DNA of 64,000 nt from Flaccisagitta enflata (lineage: Eukaryota): positions 24,676,001 through 24,740,000 of the forward strand of contig OZ231126.1 in assembly GCA_965153355.1 (NCBI GenBank). Reading direction: 5' to 3'. Made by a program: the position numbers and the translations under genes. Positions 29,036 through 43,929 of this stretch are shown here, piece by piece. A model generated the notes under the pieces. That model was not told the DNA's origin. It worked only from the letters and a program-made list of their open reading frames with translations, and did no database searches. Numbering within the stretch: position 1 is the stretch's first letter; the number at the start of each line of letters is the position of its first letter.

Positions 29036-29917
29036 GAAATCAAAAAAAATAGACTGAGCTAAGTTAGCTAAATGAGCTAAAATGCTCAAAAACGCCCTCA
29101 CAGATGAGCAGCTGTGCTCAACAACATGTCTTTTTGTATTTGCATGCTCAAGTAAACAAAAGTACTCTCCTTTATTGATCCTATACAAGATCATAAAAAA
29201 AAAAAAAAAAAAAATTCATTTGAATTTTTTTGCAAATAAATCTTTAAAAAATCATAGCGCAAAAAATATTTGTTGTAGAGCATTCTGCTTGGCGCTAAAT
29301 GAAAGATAATTATCAAATTTACTTACCCTATCAATTTCATCAGAGTGCTCATTCGCTCGGTGGAGATTCCCAACTTCCTAATAAAAAAATGAAAACCCTG
29401 TTTCTCTTGAATATGTCAAAAAGTCGAAGACTGACTTCAACTTTTTCCCGATAATTGCGATCTTCAAGATAATCCTGAACATTAGTGATCTTTTAACCCT
29501 GATTTGCATATTGAATTCAAATATTGAGGCATCTGGATAAAAGTAAGTAAATGAAAAATATTGCCAAAGATTTTCTTCCAGCAGTTTTCGTTACAGAAAA
29601 GTCCACAATTGCAAAAATTTACATCAGCATCCAATGGTGTATCTGATTATCCAATTACATGGTCCATCCTCGCGATCAAGTCAATCATTCGAATTTTCGG
29701 TATATAGGGAATGTATTTCTGCTTGACGATGGAATTGAAATTTCTTTTTGCATCATTGCTTTTATTGGTCAATTGGTGTGTTATGCTTGTACGTAAACTG
29801 CGTTATACTGCTGTTTTTAGCCATGGTGAGATCCTATACTGAATCAAATACACCACAATCGTGATTCCAGAGCCTCCATTGCTACTCTCTGTGTCTGTCG
29901 GTTGGTTGGTTGGTCGG

Positions 29918-31485
29918 CAGGGTGGGGCTAACAAAGTCTTAGGTCTCAGAAACGTATGAAAGTTGGACAACATTACTACTCAACCCTAATTTAAAAAAGG
30001 ATGAGAGCCTTTGAAGCTCTCACTGGTGTTTAATCCGGACCCATCACAACTATCCTTTAAATTTCTTAAGAAATATTCCCTCTTCAGAAATTATCACAAG
30101 ACTGGTCAAAAGTTATACATCATTTAAAAAAAGTCACCAATTTCTGTCTATACATGAGATATGCAGACCACAAGAAGACACTTGATAAATATGGCGGGCC
30201 GAAGGAGACCATATCCATCTGGGCACCTTCTCATACTCCTCATATACCAAAAATAGCAAGAAACTGAAACTCTCTTCTTCCTGAAACAACCCTTTCAAAA
30301 AATCTTATGTCAACCCCAAAGTCTGAAATCAAAATTTTTTGTTATATTTCATCCCAGTTGTTACAACAAATTACCAAATGACGATGTAGCTATCCAAGGA
30401 TAATCTAGATATCAAAGGCAATGTTGTTAAAAACCATACCATTGAAGGCAAGAATCGAGAATCAACCATATGGGATTGCCGGCATTCTATACCATGGTAC
30501 TGAAATATATGAAAGTTGGACAACATTACTACTCAACCCTAATTTAAAAAAGGATGAGAGCCTTTGAAGCTCTCACTGGTGTTTAATCCGGACCCATCAC
30601 AACTATCCTTTAAATTTCGAAAGAAATATTCCCTCTTCAGAAATTATCACAAGACTGGTCAAAAGTTATGCATCATTTAAAAAAAGTCACCAATTTCTGT
30701 CTATACATGAGATATGCAGACCACAAGAAAACACTTGATAAATATGGCGGGCCGAAGGAGACCATATCCATCTGGGCACCTTCTCATACTCCTCATATAC
30801 CAAAAATAGCAAGAAACTGAAACTCTCTTCTTCCTGAAACAACCCTTTCAAAAAATCTTATGTCAACCCCAAAATCTGAAATCAAAATTTTTTGTAATAT
30901 TTCATCCCAATTGTTACAAACAAATTACCAAATGATGATGTAGCTATCCAAGGATAATCTAGATATCAAAGGCAATGTTGTTAAAAACCATACCATTGAA
31001 GGCAAGAATCGAGAATCAACCATATGGGATCGCCGGCATTCTATACCATGGTACTGAAATATATGAAAGTTGGACAACATTACTACTCAACCCTACTTTA
31101 ATAAAGGATGAGAGCCTTTGGAGCTCTCACTGGTGTTTAATCCGGACCCATCACAACTATCCTTTAAATTTCTAAAGAAATATTCCCTCTTCCGTATGTT
31201 TTTCTTCAAACTTCCCCCATATATCATAATTAAAAGATATACCAAGTTTCATGACCTACTGAGAAGTTGCTGATAGGGCCGCCACCCCCCTCCAATCATC
31301 ATAGGATTAAATGGGAGCAAATTTTTGTCAACCTTTTTGCCCTTATAAAATGGGGAGGTGGCGGTCCTATCAGGGACTTGCCAGATGGTCATGAAACTTG
31401 GCAAATATTATTATTATCATGAATGGGGATAGTTAGTAGAATAACATTAGTTTTTGACACCTATGAACTCCCAACCTCCACCCTG
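29918..31485. mobile_element. hAT-like non-autonomous element with internal 553-bp tandem duplication
   Basis: CAGGGTGG...CCACCCTG termini. 8-bp TSD TTGGTCGG at 29910-29917 and 31486-31493 (inside a microsatellite, so less diagnostic). Internal IR near 31215-31428. Confidence 0.65.
29955..31190. repeat. ~553-bp tandem repeat, about 2.2 copies
   Basis: TATGAAAGTTGGACAACATTAC recurs at 29955, 30508 and 31062, with few differences between units. Confidence 0.95.
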
Positions 31486-31842
31486 TTGGTCGGTCTGTTG
31501 GTCGGGTAACGCATCAGAACCTTGCATTTTTATCTGAAAAGTGGTACCAACTCAGTAAAAGAAGCGTACATTTAATAATTTATCAATTATATCATTCATT
31601 CTTTCAAAAACAACATTCATTCATAAAAAAAAAACAATTATTCTTTCATAAGAAATATTCATTCATAGAAAAACATTCATTCATCAAAAAGAACATTCAT
31701 TCAAAGAGGACACATCGTTGGCCTACTTGGCCTTTTTAGGTGCGACAAAGCACCTCTATAACTGGCTGTGTCTGACGGTCGGTCGGTCGGTCTTTTTTCT
31801 TTCTTTTTTTTTCTTTGTCTTTCTCGCTTTCTTTCTTCCTTC

Positions 31843-31917
<75 letters not shown>

Positions 31918-32139
31918 GCTCTCTTCCTTTTTTTTCTCCCCCCCAACTTCTCCGTTCTCTTCTTTTTCTGTTCTGCTATAACTTCTATTCCATCTTTCTT
32001 TTCTTCTTTTCTTCTTTGCCATTTTCAATTTCTTTCTCTTCATTCAACGTCGCGTCATTGCCTTTCCAAGTGTCGTTGCAGTTTTTGTCATGCACATATT
32101 TGAGCGATTTGCCAAAACCCTTCTCCAGCAGCCAAGCAG

Positions 32140-32324
<185 letters not shown>

Positions 32325-32601
32325 GAGTCCTGATTTAGAATGAGAGCGACATTTTAATGGTTCTGAGTACGAAGACTCCCACACGAGTTTATGAATTATT
32401 AAAGAGGTCCACGAGTATTTCTCTCCCTCTAAAATTTTAGGCGAGAACGAGCGGTTTTTAGTCTCATGCTACGAGATTCATTTTTTGGTTTATCCGTCCA
32501 TCTGTCGGTCGATCGGCCATTTCCGTCTTGCTTCTTCTACTTCAGTTTCAGCTCACCTAGAGAGAGTTTGGTCTCTGTTTTGGTTTTGGCTGGGAAAATA
32601 G

Positions 32602-32749
32602 TAGGGATGTGGAAGCGATTGACCGCTTCCAATTTGGAGGATGGGATAGCTACTAGTATTTGAACTGCACAATGGAAGCGGAAGCGGAAGCGGAAGCGGA
32701 AGCGGAAGCGGTGAAAGCGGCATGAAAATCGACCGCTTCCACATCTCTA
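32602..32749. mobile_element. Small hAT-like MITE with internal (GAAGCG)n
   Basis: TAGGGATGTGGAAGCG...CGCTTCCACATCTCTA TIRs (Ac-like TAGGGATG start). Flanks GAAAATAG / GAAATAG. Confidence 0.7.
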
Positions 32750-32841
32750 GAAATAGTCTTACCTCTACTTATGCTTTCTTTCCTGTTCTTTCTTGTTTTA
32801 CGCGCATGCACTGATATAGACAAATACGTACATATAAGACA

Positions 32842-33495
32842 CAAACAAAACAAAACAAAACAAAACAAAACAAAACAAAACAAAACAAAACAAAACAAAA
32901 CAAAACAAAACAAAACAAAACAAGATAAACAAACAAAGCAAGATAAACAAACAAAGCAAGATAAACAAACAAAGCAAAATAAACAAACAAAACAAACAAA
33001 CAGACAAAACAAACAAAACAAACAAAACAAACAAAACAAACAAAACAAACAAAACAAACAAAACAAACAAAACAAACAAAACAAACAAAACAAACAAAAC
33101 AAACAAAACAAACAAAACAAAAACAAACAAAACAAACAAAACAAACAAAACAAACAAAACAAACAAAACAAACAAAACAAACAAAACAAACATAACAAAC
33201 AAAACAAACAAAACAAACAAAACAAAGAAAACAAACAAAAAAAACAAACCAAACAAACCAAACAAACCAAACAAACCAAATAAACCAAACAAACAAACAA
33301 ACAAACAAAACAAACCAAACAAACCAAACAAACCAAACAAACCAAACAAACCAAACAAACCAAACAAACCAAACAAAACAAACAAAACAAACAAAACAAA
33401 CAATAAAAACAATAAAAACAATAAAAACAAAACAAAACAAAACAAAACAAAACAAAACAAAACAAAACAAAACAAAACAAAACAAAACAAAACAA
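32842..33495. repeat. Compound (CAAAA)n/(CAAAACAAA)n repeat
   Basis: Direct reading. Confidence 0.95.
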
Positions 33496-33961
33496 AGACA
33501 TTCACATTTGATTATGCAGAAAGATGCGCTTCACAATTTTTTTAACGCCTTTTGTTTATTTATCTTAGAAAAGCGATGTTTTTAAAACTTGAAAAAAAGA
33601 AACATCATAATTTCTGTTTAAATCCATTCCGATTGTCGGAAAGACACAGAAAGAGAGAGAACGAGAGGCTAGGCTCTGAATTTTCGGTTTATCTCGTTTT
33701 TCGGCTTTGAATTACAACTTTTTCTGTCAAATGATTGGATCATTAATAATCCTCAATAACGAGAGTGTCGAAGGCAGAATTGACATTCAAATCGCCGATG
33801 AAAGATTGATTGAAAAATATTTCTTCTTTTTCTTTTCTCTTTTTCCTTATTCTTTATCTTTAAAGAGTTGGAATATGAGACCCTTCAGTATGCCCGCTTG
33901 GTGTTACACACGACAACACAGCTTTGAGTAATGTAAACCCTAGCCGCAACGACAATCACCT

Positions 33962-34549
33962 TAACATCTGTCGCATAATTATCGTCACAACAATAGAACA
34001 CTTTGTAAGTATTTTTCAGTATTGGTTTATTTTTCACAAAAAATTTCAATTATTTAAAAACTAGTACTTATAGACTAAAAGAAAGTAATTTTGACCAAAT
34101 TACCTTTTTAGTATAGAAGTAAGACAAATATATTGGCAATTTTGAAAAAAAGACAGTGATGGGAAATCTAGAGCTGTAATCTTGTTTTATATCAATTTTC
34201 TGAGTTCTCTGATGCCAATCCTTCAAAGATGAGACTTGCAGGTATCAATACAATCTCGTAGTTTACTAAAGCTGTGGCACATTGATTGGTATCCATTAGA
34301 AATGATCAACAGTAGAGACTTTTGATCAATTCTAAACATTCAGTTAAATATTAGTAAAAATCTGTTTTTTGGTTTTACAATTTAAACCTATTACTGTGGT
34401 TTACAAAGTCACAAATACTTTGAGCATTCTTGATTCTGAAACAAGTGGTTCTTGGCTATCTACTATTCAAATTCCATGACGCTAGGTCAATATTTAGCAT
34501 AGTTTTTTTCTCATTAGAAGTTGTGACAATAATTATGCGACTGATGTTA
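33962..34549. mobile_element. MITE with ~30-bp TIRs
   Basis: TAACATCTGTCGCATAATTATCGTCACAAC ... GTTGTGACAATAATTATGCGACTGATGTTA. Confidence 0.75.
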
Positions 34550-34564
34550 GCCTCAATGAAAATA

Positions 34565-35106
34565 CCGGGTGGACATAAAAAAAGTAGTCACTTTATCTCA
34601 ATAATATAAAAATGATTCTTAATCACTTATCATGTAATCATTCAAAATAAATAAGCATTTTAATTTGTGTACATGAATATGATATACAAATTCAAATCAT
34701 ATTTGGTCAATCAAAAATTTTTTTCTAGGCATTATTGCCTATTTTGATAAAAAATGATGATTGATAATCATTAGTGTTTTGGACATGAATTTGTTTTTTT
34801 ATTTAAAAAAAATTGGTGCTCATACTTTCCTAAGACCTGCTTTTAATCAACTATTGCGATTCAAAAGCAAACTTTGGAGTGAACACTATTTTATACTCAA
34901 TTTCAAGCAAAATTTTTCAAGTGGTCCCTATTTCAATTCAGTTTTTTTAAGATAACTTGAAAAATATTGATATTCATAAAAAATATCTATAATGGAACAT
35001 GATGTGCACGATAATATCTAAATAACTAAAAAAAAGATTTTTACTTAGGATAAATTTTAAAAGTGATATGAAAAAATTAAAAGTTACTTTTTTAAAGTCC
35101 ACCCGT
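34565..35106. mobile_element. Tc1/mariner-like MITE
   Basis: TA-CCGGGTGGACATAAAAAAAGTA ... TACTTTTTTAAAGTCCACCCGT-TA. Confidence 0.7.
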
Positions 35107-35452
35107 TATAACATGAATGAAATCAGGACCTCGCATTGCATCTAAGCCACTAATGCAAAGGGTAAACTGTAGTGGACATATGTTGTTGTTTTCTTGCTGC
35201 CTTTTTTTATATTTTCTTTTTTGATAGATGGCAATAACTTAAATACATCAATAGCAATTGAGATTTCAGTTTGAGTTTCTGGGTATGTAATTCTTAGGGT
35301 TTAATTCTAATACCAACTAATACCAATTAACCAAAAAAAAAAAAAATCTGTAGTTCTCGTTCAGTCTTGAAATACCGGGGGTAAGCATAATAGAAAAACT
35401 AATAAAGCCATGTAAAGATGTTTAAAGAAGTATGAATTGATAAGTGTATGTC

Positions 35453-36331
35453 TTTTTAGTCGCGGACGAGCGACTCTATAAGAGGCTTTGTCCGTCCGTC
35501 CGTCCGTCCGTCCGTCCGTCCGTCCGTCCGTCCGTCCGTCCGTCCGTCCGTCCGTCCGTCCGTCCGTCCATCCGTCCGTCCGTCCGTCCGTTGGTGAGCA
35601 CGAGTCGAAAAGTGGAATAGCAGCCCAAAGGCAGTAAGTGGTCAGCGGTACCCGTGCCCTGCTTGAGTAGTGTATGACTTAAGTTGAGGGGGAGCAGGGC
35701 AGCGGCCCCAAAGGGGACGAAGTCCTGTAGAACACAGGGGGAATCTGTCCATCCGTCCGTCCGTCCGTCCGTCCGTCCGTCCGTCCACCCATCCATTCCC
35801 CCCAGCCTCATCCTCAGGGCTTCATATCCTTTGGGGCCTATTCTGACCTAAATTCTACCACATAGCCTAAATCCAAGCAAATGGCCCAAATCTAAGCAAA
35901 ATGGCCCAAATCCAAGCAAAATGGCCCAAATCAGGTCAGAATCTTGGTACAGGGGGCCACAATATAGGTCTAAGGGGCCAAAATGATAGACCTCAGGCCA
36001 AAATTGAGGTTTTCTGGCAGGATTTGTGTCATTTTGCTTGGATTTGGGCCATTATGCTTGGATTTGAGCCATTTTGCTTAGATTTGGGCCATGTTGCTTG
36101 GATTTAGGCTATTTGGCAGAATTTAGCTCAGAATGGGCCCCAAAGGAGACGAAGCCCTGAGGATGGGGCAGGCGGGACGGACGGACGTATGTATGGACGT
36201 ACGTACGGACGGACAGATTCCCCCTGTGTTCTACAGGACTTCGTCCCCTTTGGGACGGCTGCCCAAAAACCAGCGTTTCCGCCCCTGCCCACCTGTCCGC
36301 GACTGGTATTGGCCGTGTATCCGGCCTTGTT
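35453..36331 (+). mobile_element. HINE-like family C, split by a family D insertion
   Basis: 5' AGTCGCGGACGAGCGACT + long (GTCC)n at 35458-35590. 3' GTCCGCGACT + GGCCGTGTATCCGGCC hairpin at about 36295-36331. Confidence 0.8.
35616..36269 (-). mobile_element. HINE-like family D nested inside a family C element
   Basis: IR pair near 35697-35765 and 36200-36264. The core of ~21-bp AAATGGCCCAAATCCAAGC units is present in both orientations. It interrupts 35453-36331. Confidence 0.8.
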
Positions 36332-37233
36332 AGCATTATGGCTGGTTGCTATGGAAATACATTACGTTGTTTTCCCACTGATATAAAAATATATTTTGAG
36401 CAGAAAATGCAAAAAATATTAATCAAAAAAATATGCTACAACGTTCCCATAGTATGATCCATAAAAATATCCCACATTGGGCTATTGTCTTTGATATAAA
36501 AAAATGATAGTTAAGTGGGAAACTGTGAAAGAAATAATTCATGGTTCTGAACTATAATGAGGAATGAAACATTATTTATTAGTCCATTATTCAGATATCA
36601 CTCCTCTAGCTTTATTTATTTTCTTACTTTGCTTGCCCTCGTAAAGGCATTATCTCAAATCTATACGGAATCTACTGTTCTTGGAAAATGGAAATATTTG
36701 AAAGGCAAGGAGTCAACAAAAGTCATTTTTTAATTGCTGACATGCAAATCTATAAGAGGCTTTGTCCGATCCATTCGGAATTGTCTATGGGGATGAGGAG
36801 AGTGCGAATGGAGTGTGTATGCCCCTGCCCACCTGTCCGGAACGATATAGTGACCCCGCGTCCCGCGTTCTTGGTCAATTTGAATCATTCAGATCGCCGT
36901 TATTCAATTTCTTTGGAATGATTTCCATCTAATCGCCATCTTCTTTTCACTGCTTACCCCCCGGCGAGAGATTTTCTCTACCCCCTCACTCACTTCCATG
37001 ACGTAGAGCCTCTGTTTCTGTTCTCTCTATCTCTGGCTTTGAAAGAAACACGTGAAGCCATAATTTATGTCATGTGACCCATGTAAGCTCCTCCTTCTTC
37101 TCCCTCTCCTCCTTCTTCTCCTTATTCTCCTTCTCCTCCTCCTCCTTCTTCTTCTCCCTCTTCATCCTGGTCCAAGTCAAACTTCTCTTCCTCATCACTT
37201 TCCTCATCCTCTAAACATCATCACGTCTTCGCA

Positions 37234-37291
<58 letters not shown>

Positions 37292-37381
37292 AAGAGAGAG
37301 AAAGAGAGAGAAAGAGAGAGAAAGAGAGAGATGCACGAGCCGCGTGAGGAGTTAAAGGAAGAAGAAAGTAACAGATATAGC

Positions 37382-37482
<101 letters not shown>

Positions 37483-37703
37483 TGAGATTCGCGTTGCGTG
37501 AATTTTCTCTCAAAAAATAAAAATGGGCGACAACAGCCACAAGATAGTCCTTTTTCTTGTTCCTCTTCTTTTACATGAAACAACAATTAAAAAAGAAGAA
37601 ATAAACAAGAAAATTTTGCGTCGTTGCAATTAAGTGCAGGTGCTTCGTACAATTTCTGATATTTGCTTCGTCTTGAGGAACAACTGAAGCAATGAGATGA
37701 ACG

Positions 37704-38140
<437 letters not shown>

Positions 38141-39189
38141 AACATCAACGACAGGTGTTTCTTTCTTTCAAATCGCTCTTCAAAGTAACTTTAACATAAA
38201 ACGATGCTCATAAATTGTGAGGAGAGAAGTCAATAAATTTCGCGACAATAGATTTACACCTCTGATAAGATAAACATTTATAATACGATGCTTCATCGCT
38301 GCGAGATATCCGATCTCATGCTCTATTTGCCCTTTATAACTAAAATACAAAAGGAAGAACAATGAAAATAAATCGAACGAAAAATGACAAAGAGAAGTAC
38401 ATCCGAAAGAAAGAAGAGAACAAAAGACAAACAAGGTCTCCTACGACATATATTTATTGAAGTACTCCACAACTACCAGTTACCAATCCTGAAAAGCCTC
38501 TGAATCTAGTAATCGTTTGAATTTGTTTGTGGTGGATATATCTGTACTGGGGCAGTGATGTGAAAAACTGCTTTCAACGCTTTGGCAGGGGCATAGATGC
38601 GGTAACTACCTATAATTACCTTACTATCGACAGACGGCTGAACGGACGGACACGATGACTAATAAGCCAAAATGATCAGTGATGGAGTAACGAAGTACGA
38701 TCTGACTGACTGACTGACTGACTGACTGACTGACTGACTGACTGACTGACTGACTGACTGACTGACTGACTGACTGACTGACTGACAAACTTACTGACTG
38801 ACTGGGTGACCGACGCCCGTTGTGAGATAGATTGTCGGTGCTATCATTTGATTAAATCTTTCAAGTGGACCTAAAGGCTAATGTCACAATCTCTTTTCCA
38901 TGCGAGAACCCGACTTACCACCACGTTATCAGTGTTACCGCAATGTCTATTGCATTGTGACAAGTTTTTATAGTTTGATGACCTACATAACTACCCGGAT
39001 TACCTTGCCAAACCATATTTTGTGACCACCCCTACCCCTAGGGGGCCTAAAGATAAGGTCAAAATGGCCACATTGGCATGTCCGGATTTTGTCCGGACAA
39101 GCAGATAACAAGCAAACCCCATCAAAAAATAGATTATCTGATCATTTCTCAGCTTTTAATCAGTTATCATCGATCCAATGTGATGTACA

Positions 39190-39406
39190 AACAAGGCCGG
39201 ATACACGGCTACCCCAGTCGCGTGCGGGTGGGCAGGGGCCATATTTTAGGTCAGTGGAGCATTTGGGCAGGAGCGGTATAGCCAAAAACCCCATAAACGC
39301 CGAAAAAGTAAAGTGTGACAGTAAAGTGTGACGGACCGATGGACCGACGGACGGACGGACGGACCGACAAAGCGGGGTGTAGAGTCGCGTAGCACGCGAC
39401 TAAAAA
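39190..39406 (-). mobile_element. DINE-1/HINE-like family A (young)
   Basis: Nearly identical to 54404-54651 outside the microsatellite. Confidence 0.85.
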
Positions 39407-40610
39407 TTTCATGTAACTGCGCAAATGCTAAGTTGTTCAAATATTGTATTATCATCAAATTTTGATCTTTCTAACTTTTTTGCCTTTTCATGGCAAAATC
39501 TGAGTATGCCGATTATCTTTTTTTTAAACACTATCAATTTTCAAAGCTAATCTCTTTTCAGGTTTCTATCTAATAGAGGACTACTTGAAGGACATATGCT
39601 CCAAATTTCATGCCACTGTGACGCCCCAATCCCGTGTAATGACACTTTTCTTCAAGCGTGATTATTCCGCACACCCTCCCAGCTCTTCTGTCACACTCAT
39701 GTCACGCTTTATGTCTGTCACTGTCACGCCATTGTGAAACTGATGATGGAAATTTGAATGAAACGATGAGAAAGAGCATGAATTTTTGCCTCTACACTGA
39801 AAATTTCAGGTCTTAACTCCCGGGCATTCAGCCGTATTGAAATTTTCAATGTGATTGGTCAGTAAATTGTTGCAGAATAATCACGCTTCACGATGAATCT
39901 TTGTAGTTAATTCTTTGTTATCAGCGCATGTATGCACTCCCAGCAAAATGGTATTACAAAAAAATCATGAAATGCCCATATCTTGCAAACCCTTTGAGAA
40001 AGACTAAAGATTTTTTGCATGAATCAGTACTGTACTAAAACGATTACAAACAGAGCTTTTGGTGCATCTCGGACACATCTAACCAACCCAACCAGCCCAA
40101 CCAGCCTACCACCCAAAAAATAAAAAAAACGGCATAACTTCTAAAGTATTTGTCCGATTTGGCTGAAATTTTGCGCAGTGGTTCTTTCAGATAATGCCCA
40201 CTTAAATTGATCCTTAAAGGAAAATTTAGTAACTTTTTGCCAACTGGCCCGACCAGCCAAAAAAGCTGCTTATAGAGATTTTTCAAAAAAATCGAAATCT
40301 CAATTTTTTTCAGCAGAATTGGGTCTGATTGAATTCTTGAACTGTGATTTAGTAAAATATTCACATTTTTTGGGTTTTGCTGGCTATAACAACTCAATTT
40401 TGGCTTATTTTCGATCTTTATTTGTTGCATTTCAGCCTTATTTACATGAAAATCGAGGATCAGTAAGAAAATTCAGTTTTTGAACCATGTTCATATTGAC
40501 ATAAGCTATCTGATTATGAATGTTTTTGTCAAATTCTCTCAATTTTGAAATTGACCTTTTTCGCTATCTCGCAAAAAAGAGATTATAGAAACAGCCTTAA
40601 ACTAAACATA

Positions 40611-40695
40611 TAGTGCTTTCACGCTCAAGGAAGAAATCCTTTATTCATTGAAAAAACATGATTATCATGTTTTTTCCTTGAGCGTGAAAGCACTA
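40611..40695. mobile_element. Micro-MITE hairpin, second copy
   Basis: Same TIR as 28935-29035. Confidence 0.75.
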
Positions 40696-41081
40696 ATAGA
40701 GACAATTGTTCATCTTAATTTAAAAATATTTTTATGTACAACGTTTTTTTTTTCAGCGGTTAAGAATTGTTAGAATTGCATTGAATTGTTTTTTGTTTTT
40801 TTTTATGCTCGATAGGTGTTTGATGTGGGAAGATCACTATCGGGGCACCTGAATAATACGGCTAAGTTACAGTTAAACTTATTAGACTTGAGAATACGGG
40901 TGCATGTATTGCCAGTTGTTGCACCATGAAAGTCATGTATTATTTTGTTCTTTCATCTTGGCTTTCTATTGGTACAACAAGCTCGACAAAGAAACAGTTG
41001 TGTGGTTGATTTTACCTCTTGTTACAAAATTACTGAACTACATAACTACATTACATAATCACATAACTATACTGCTACATA

Positions 41082-41646
41082 CACCGTCTTCGGATCGGAC
41101 TGTGAAATGTAAAACCTTTATAGCTCCTAAACCACTAGGAAAAAAGTCATGAAATTTTCAGTGAATATTGGTAACATGTGACAGTTTTTGCATGTCAGAG
41201 CTCAGATCATAGTATAGAAATGGTGAGGGGAAGACAAAATATTGAAAGAAAACTCATTTTTAATCAGTATCTATTTTTCCCCATTTCCTTAGAAAGGAGT
41301 TGTCTTTATCTGCTTGAAATTGCTTTGCATTTCAACAAAAACTCTAGGATTTATTTTCAATGACAGATGTTAACTTATGTATCATCTATTTGCTGCATAT
41401 TCTGAGAGAAAAACAGCACCTTCCAAAAAAAAAAAAAAAAACAGGTAAAAAAAACCATTTTGCTTAAAAAATGGATGTTCATTCAATATTTTGTTTTCCC
41501 CTCACCTTTTCTATATTATGATCTGAGCTTTGACATGCAAAAACCGTCACATGTTACCAATATTCACTGAAAATTTCATGACTTTTTTTCAAGTGGTTCA
41601 GGAGCTATAAAGGTTTTGCATTTCACAGTCCGATCCGAAGACGGTG
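41082..41646. mobile_element. Tc1/mariner-like MITE with ~165-bp TIRs
   Basis: TA-CACCGTCTTCGGATCGGACTGTGAAATG ... CATTTCACAGTCCGATCCGAAGACGGTG-TA. Confidence 0.9.
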
Positions 41647-42091
41647 TAATCACACAACTACAACATTACATAATTACTCAATTACAATACAAAATCTCCC
41701 GAATGACTAATACATGTATGAATAAGAATACTGATTGATTTACTTTTTTACTTTGTTATGTTAATAGATCAACCAATCCGCATTTTGTCGATATGTTCAA
41801 GAGTTAGACAGTACTGGAAGTCCAAAAGTCTTATTTTTTTCTGAAACATATTTAAAACTGGCAAACCATGTGTGCACGTTCCTTTTTCGCGATTGATTAA
41901 TGATAAATAGATAATCTTCAAACGTCAAAGTTGGCCTTCCATTCTACTGAGCGTTTTCTACAAAAAATGGAGAGAAAAATGTATGACAAAAAAAAACACA
42001 GGAGAAAAAAACTTTTTGGGAAAAAATGGCTTAGAATGCGTAAGTCGGCTTCGGTCACCTTTGCTTTTGAACTGTGTTTTTAGAAGTAAGC

Positions 42092-42126
<35 letters not shown>

Positions 42127-42458
42127 TCTTCTTGTCTTGATGAAAAAAATGGGACGAGGTAATTAATGATATCCGTTGTTGTTTGCAATCGATGATTAAT
42201 TATGTGTTATTGAAAATGTGTTCATCCGCCAGCCGCAACCGCGAATAAATTGTTTTTAACAAGGCCTTTGACGACCGACTATAACCCGCTAATCACGCTT
42301 TTTTGAAAACAAATAAAAGAAGCTATAAGTTTGGGAGCAACCTCGAACTGATGTACAAAGTCTGTCAATCTGTTTGTCTACAATGTAGAATATGGCATTT
42401 ATGTAGAGGCTACGAATCCCCGTTGACTCATTTTACAGGACAACAACGGCTCCCTCAA

Positions 42459-42581
42459 TTTTTAGGTGCGACAAAGCACCTCTATAACTGGCTGTGTCCG
42501 TCGGTCTGTTGGTCTGTCCGTCTGTAACGCATTCGTTCGACGATCTACATGTCGCACCTTATTGGCCTACTTGGCCTTGTT
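42459..42581 (+). mobile_element. Short HINE-like family B
   Basis: Near-identical to 26818-26933. A 5' fragment is also present at about 31733-31792. Confidence 0.8.
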
Positions 42582-43105
42582 TTTTCATACAAAACATTGA
42601 TGGCCAATATTGGTGATATAAAGGCGAGGATCTGTTTTTAAATTGGTGGATTTGTGTTTACCGGATTATAGTTTTGATGCACAATTGATGTGCGCTCTCT
42701 TAAAATGCATCTCGTCGCAACTTTTCCCAAATTATTCTCATCTTCCTTGTCTGGTTATTCGATTTCATTTCTCTCAGTTATACATCTTCGAGCCCGTTTA
42801 AACGTATGAATCATTTTATGACATTCATAAATTGAAAACCCGAATGATTTTGTAAGTATGAAATAAGATTGCCATTTTGTTTCATTTCGCAAGCAGAATT
42901 TTCTCTTTTAATTTTTTTCTCTCTCGTTTTCTCTCTTCCTCTCTCTTTTTGGCTGGGATAAGACTGAGGTAGCAGACAAAGAATTTCCTAATTATGAAAA
43001 ATGCCGACAATTGGACTCGTTTTTGGCCGATTCTGTAAAGTATGAAATCAGGTGAGTAATGGTTCTACTGATTTCATTTGACGTCACAAAGAAGGGGAGA
43101 TTAAA

Positions 43106-43206
<101 letters not shown>

Positions 43207-43929
43207 AACAGACAGAAACTGGCTTGAATTTTGGAAAAGCTTGCATACCAGAGGCCAACGATTGAGCGAGTGGACTGAAAGAACTGAATTTTGACCTCAT
43301 GGACGGGAATCAGTGATTTGAACACCTTAAGGACTCCTTGGGACCGGATTTGGGCCTTAAAATCTGTAAGATACTCATTTTGGGGCGAGGGTCTGGGCCG
43401 CAAGTGTCCTAAGAGAATCGAAGGGTTTTCACGGGGGTCCCCTACTGAGTCCCTTAATACCCTCAGGGGGTGATAAAACTTTTTTCAAAAGTATATCACT
43501 GTCTCTGAAGGAATTCCCATATGAAAAGCCTTCTTGCATTTGCTCTAACTCTCAGTAGCACAAATATCACTGAAATAAATGTAAGGTTGGCTGTTTTTCA
43601 TATGGCATCTTCAAAAATGCGAAAGGTGACGTGCCCTAGAAAATGAAAACAAGATTTACCTCTTGTCCAAATCTTCACATGTGAGGATTATGCCAAATTC
43701 ACAGCGATTACGTGGGAACTTCTCTCATATGGAGCGTGATAAAGTGGTCTCAAGACTGTCTTCATATTTTCCGCGTAATTCATTTCCGACCATCGTTTGC
43801 GCATTTGTTTTTAGTAGTTTTTTCACGCTTTGCGCCTCCAAGCCGGGGTCGTGGGGAAGCTGATAAAAGAGGACGGCGTGGGAAGGCTGATAAACGGGGA
43901 AGGCTGGGATCGGGCAGGGGTCAAGCTTA

